A stretch of DNA of 57,221 nt. Source: an uncultured Clostridia bacterium. GTDB lineage: Bacteria > Bacillota > Clostridia > TANB77 > CAG-508. Made by a program: the position numbers and the translations under genes. Below, piece after piece: positions 56,643-57,221 of this stretch. Location: positions 1 to 57,221 of the forward strand of contig CALXLP010000005.1 of the NCBI GenBank assembly GCA_944389225.1, read 5' to 3'. The notes under the pieces were generated by a model. The model saw only the letters and a program-made list of their open reading frames with translations. It did not search any database and was not told the origin of the DNA. Every line of letters starts with the position of its first letter. Position 1 is the stretch's first letter.

Positions 56643-57221
56643 TTATTGTGCTGCTCTTCTATATAATTCAATGAAATCTTCCTTTGTAACCTCTCTTGGA
56701 TTTCCTGGTTTACATGGATCATTCATTGCTTTTTCAGCAAGCATTTCAAAATCTTCTTCTTTTGCTCCATAATCTGTAATTTTTGTGTTAATTCCTACTG
56801 TTTTACTTAATTCTGAAATCATCCATACGAATGTATTAATAACATCTTGGTCATTTAAATGCTCTGCATCTGGTCTTCCGATATTCATTAAGATTTCTCT
56901 AAATCTTTGTGCAGTTGCTGGATCTTCTCCATTAAATCTCATAACTGTTGGTAATAACATAGCATTGGCAATTCCATGTGGTGTATCATATACGGCTCCT
57001 AATTGATGTGCCATTGAATGAACAATTCCAAGTCCTACATTTGAGAATCCCATTCCAGCAATATATTGTGCCATTCCCATCATTTCAACAGCTTTTTCAT
57101 CTTTCTCATTAACTGCTGCTGGTAAATATTTGAATATCATTTTAATAGCCTTCATATGAAACATATCTGACATTTCATTATGTGCTTTTGTAATATATCC
57201 TTCTACTGCATGTGTTAATGC
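56643..57221 (-). CDS. Iron-containing (group III) alcohol dehydrogenase, C-terminal part; gene continues beyond the window
   Basis: 'ALTHAVEGYI...GLGIVHSMAHQLGAVYDTPHGIANAMLLP' contains the Fe-ADH metal-binding His motifs. The frame is open to the window edge. Confidence 0.85.
   Translation of the reverse strand, partial: ALTHAVEGYITKAHNEMSDMFHMKAIKMIFKYLPAAVNEKDEKAVEMMGMAQYIAGMGFSNVGLGIVHSMAHQLGAVYDTPHGIANAMLLPTVMRFNGEDPATAQRFREILMNIGRPDAEHLNDQDVINTFVWMISELSKTVGINTKITDYGAKEEDFEMLAEKAMNDPCKPGNPREVTKEDFIELYRRAAQ

Noticed and set aside
1-57221. tRNA, rRNA, transposase, integrase, retron/DGR reverse transcriptase, toxin-antitoxin pairs
   Set aside because: I scanned the ORF translations and intergenic regions and found no cloverleaf-like GC-rich 75-90-nt blocks, no rRNA-like segments, and no DDE/tyrosine/serine recombinase or RT motifs.

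Overview
By eye this window is very AT-rich and looks like a Firmicutes (Clostridia-like) chromosomal segment, with about 50 genes, most on the minus strand. No tRNA, rRNA, CRISPR array, integrase or transposase was seen.

Recognisable content:
- Housekeeping genes: rpmF, asnB, dxr, mutS, miaB, rpmE, and valS with its T-box leader.
- A csoR-copZ-copA copper operon whose operator sits inside a consensus promoter.
- A GH3 / glucoamylase-like glycosidase pair.
- A SOS-box-preceded radical-SAM / TIGR03915 'DNA repair' pair.
- A tail-less FtsZ homologue.
- A two-component system plus MacB/FtsX-type ABC module.
- An S11 D-Ala-D-Ala carboxypeptidase, an orphan pilin-like protein and a partial Fe-alcohol dehydrogenase.

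Features worth a second look:
1. A tightly packed six-gene minus-strand operon (34222-42850). It combines a BtaA-like SAM:lipid aminocarboxypropyl transferase, a VTE5/dolichol-kinase-like CTP-transferase membrane protein, a GNAT, an adenylating enzyme, a UbiA-type prenyltransferase and a rifampin-phosphotransferase-like dikinase. I read it as a candidate uncharacterised membrane-lipid or isoprenoid modification pathway.
2. Two orphan transcription units of about 320 nt (about 2222-2546 and about 30432-30752). Each is conspicuously GC-rich and has its own extended -10 promoter and strong terminator. They look like structured RNAs I cannot assign to a known class.
3. A dispersed repeat family hugging stop codons, with core 'GGGACGTTTC..N..TGGACATTTTT'. 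It forms long palindromes at gene-cluster boundaries, including a 219-bp MITE-like element.
4. Four genes interrupted by single-base frameshifts, which points to either assembly error or gene decay.

All calls come from reading the sequence and ORF translations; no database search was possible.
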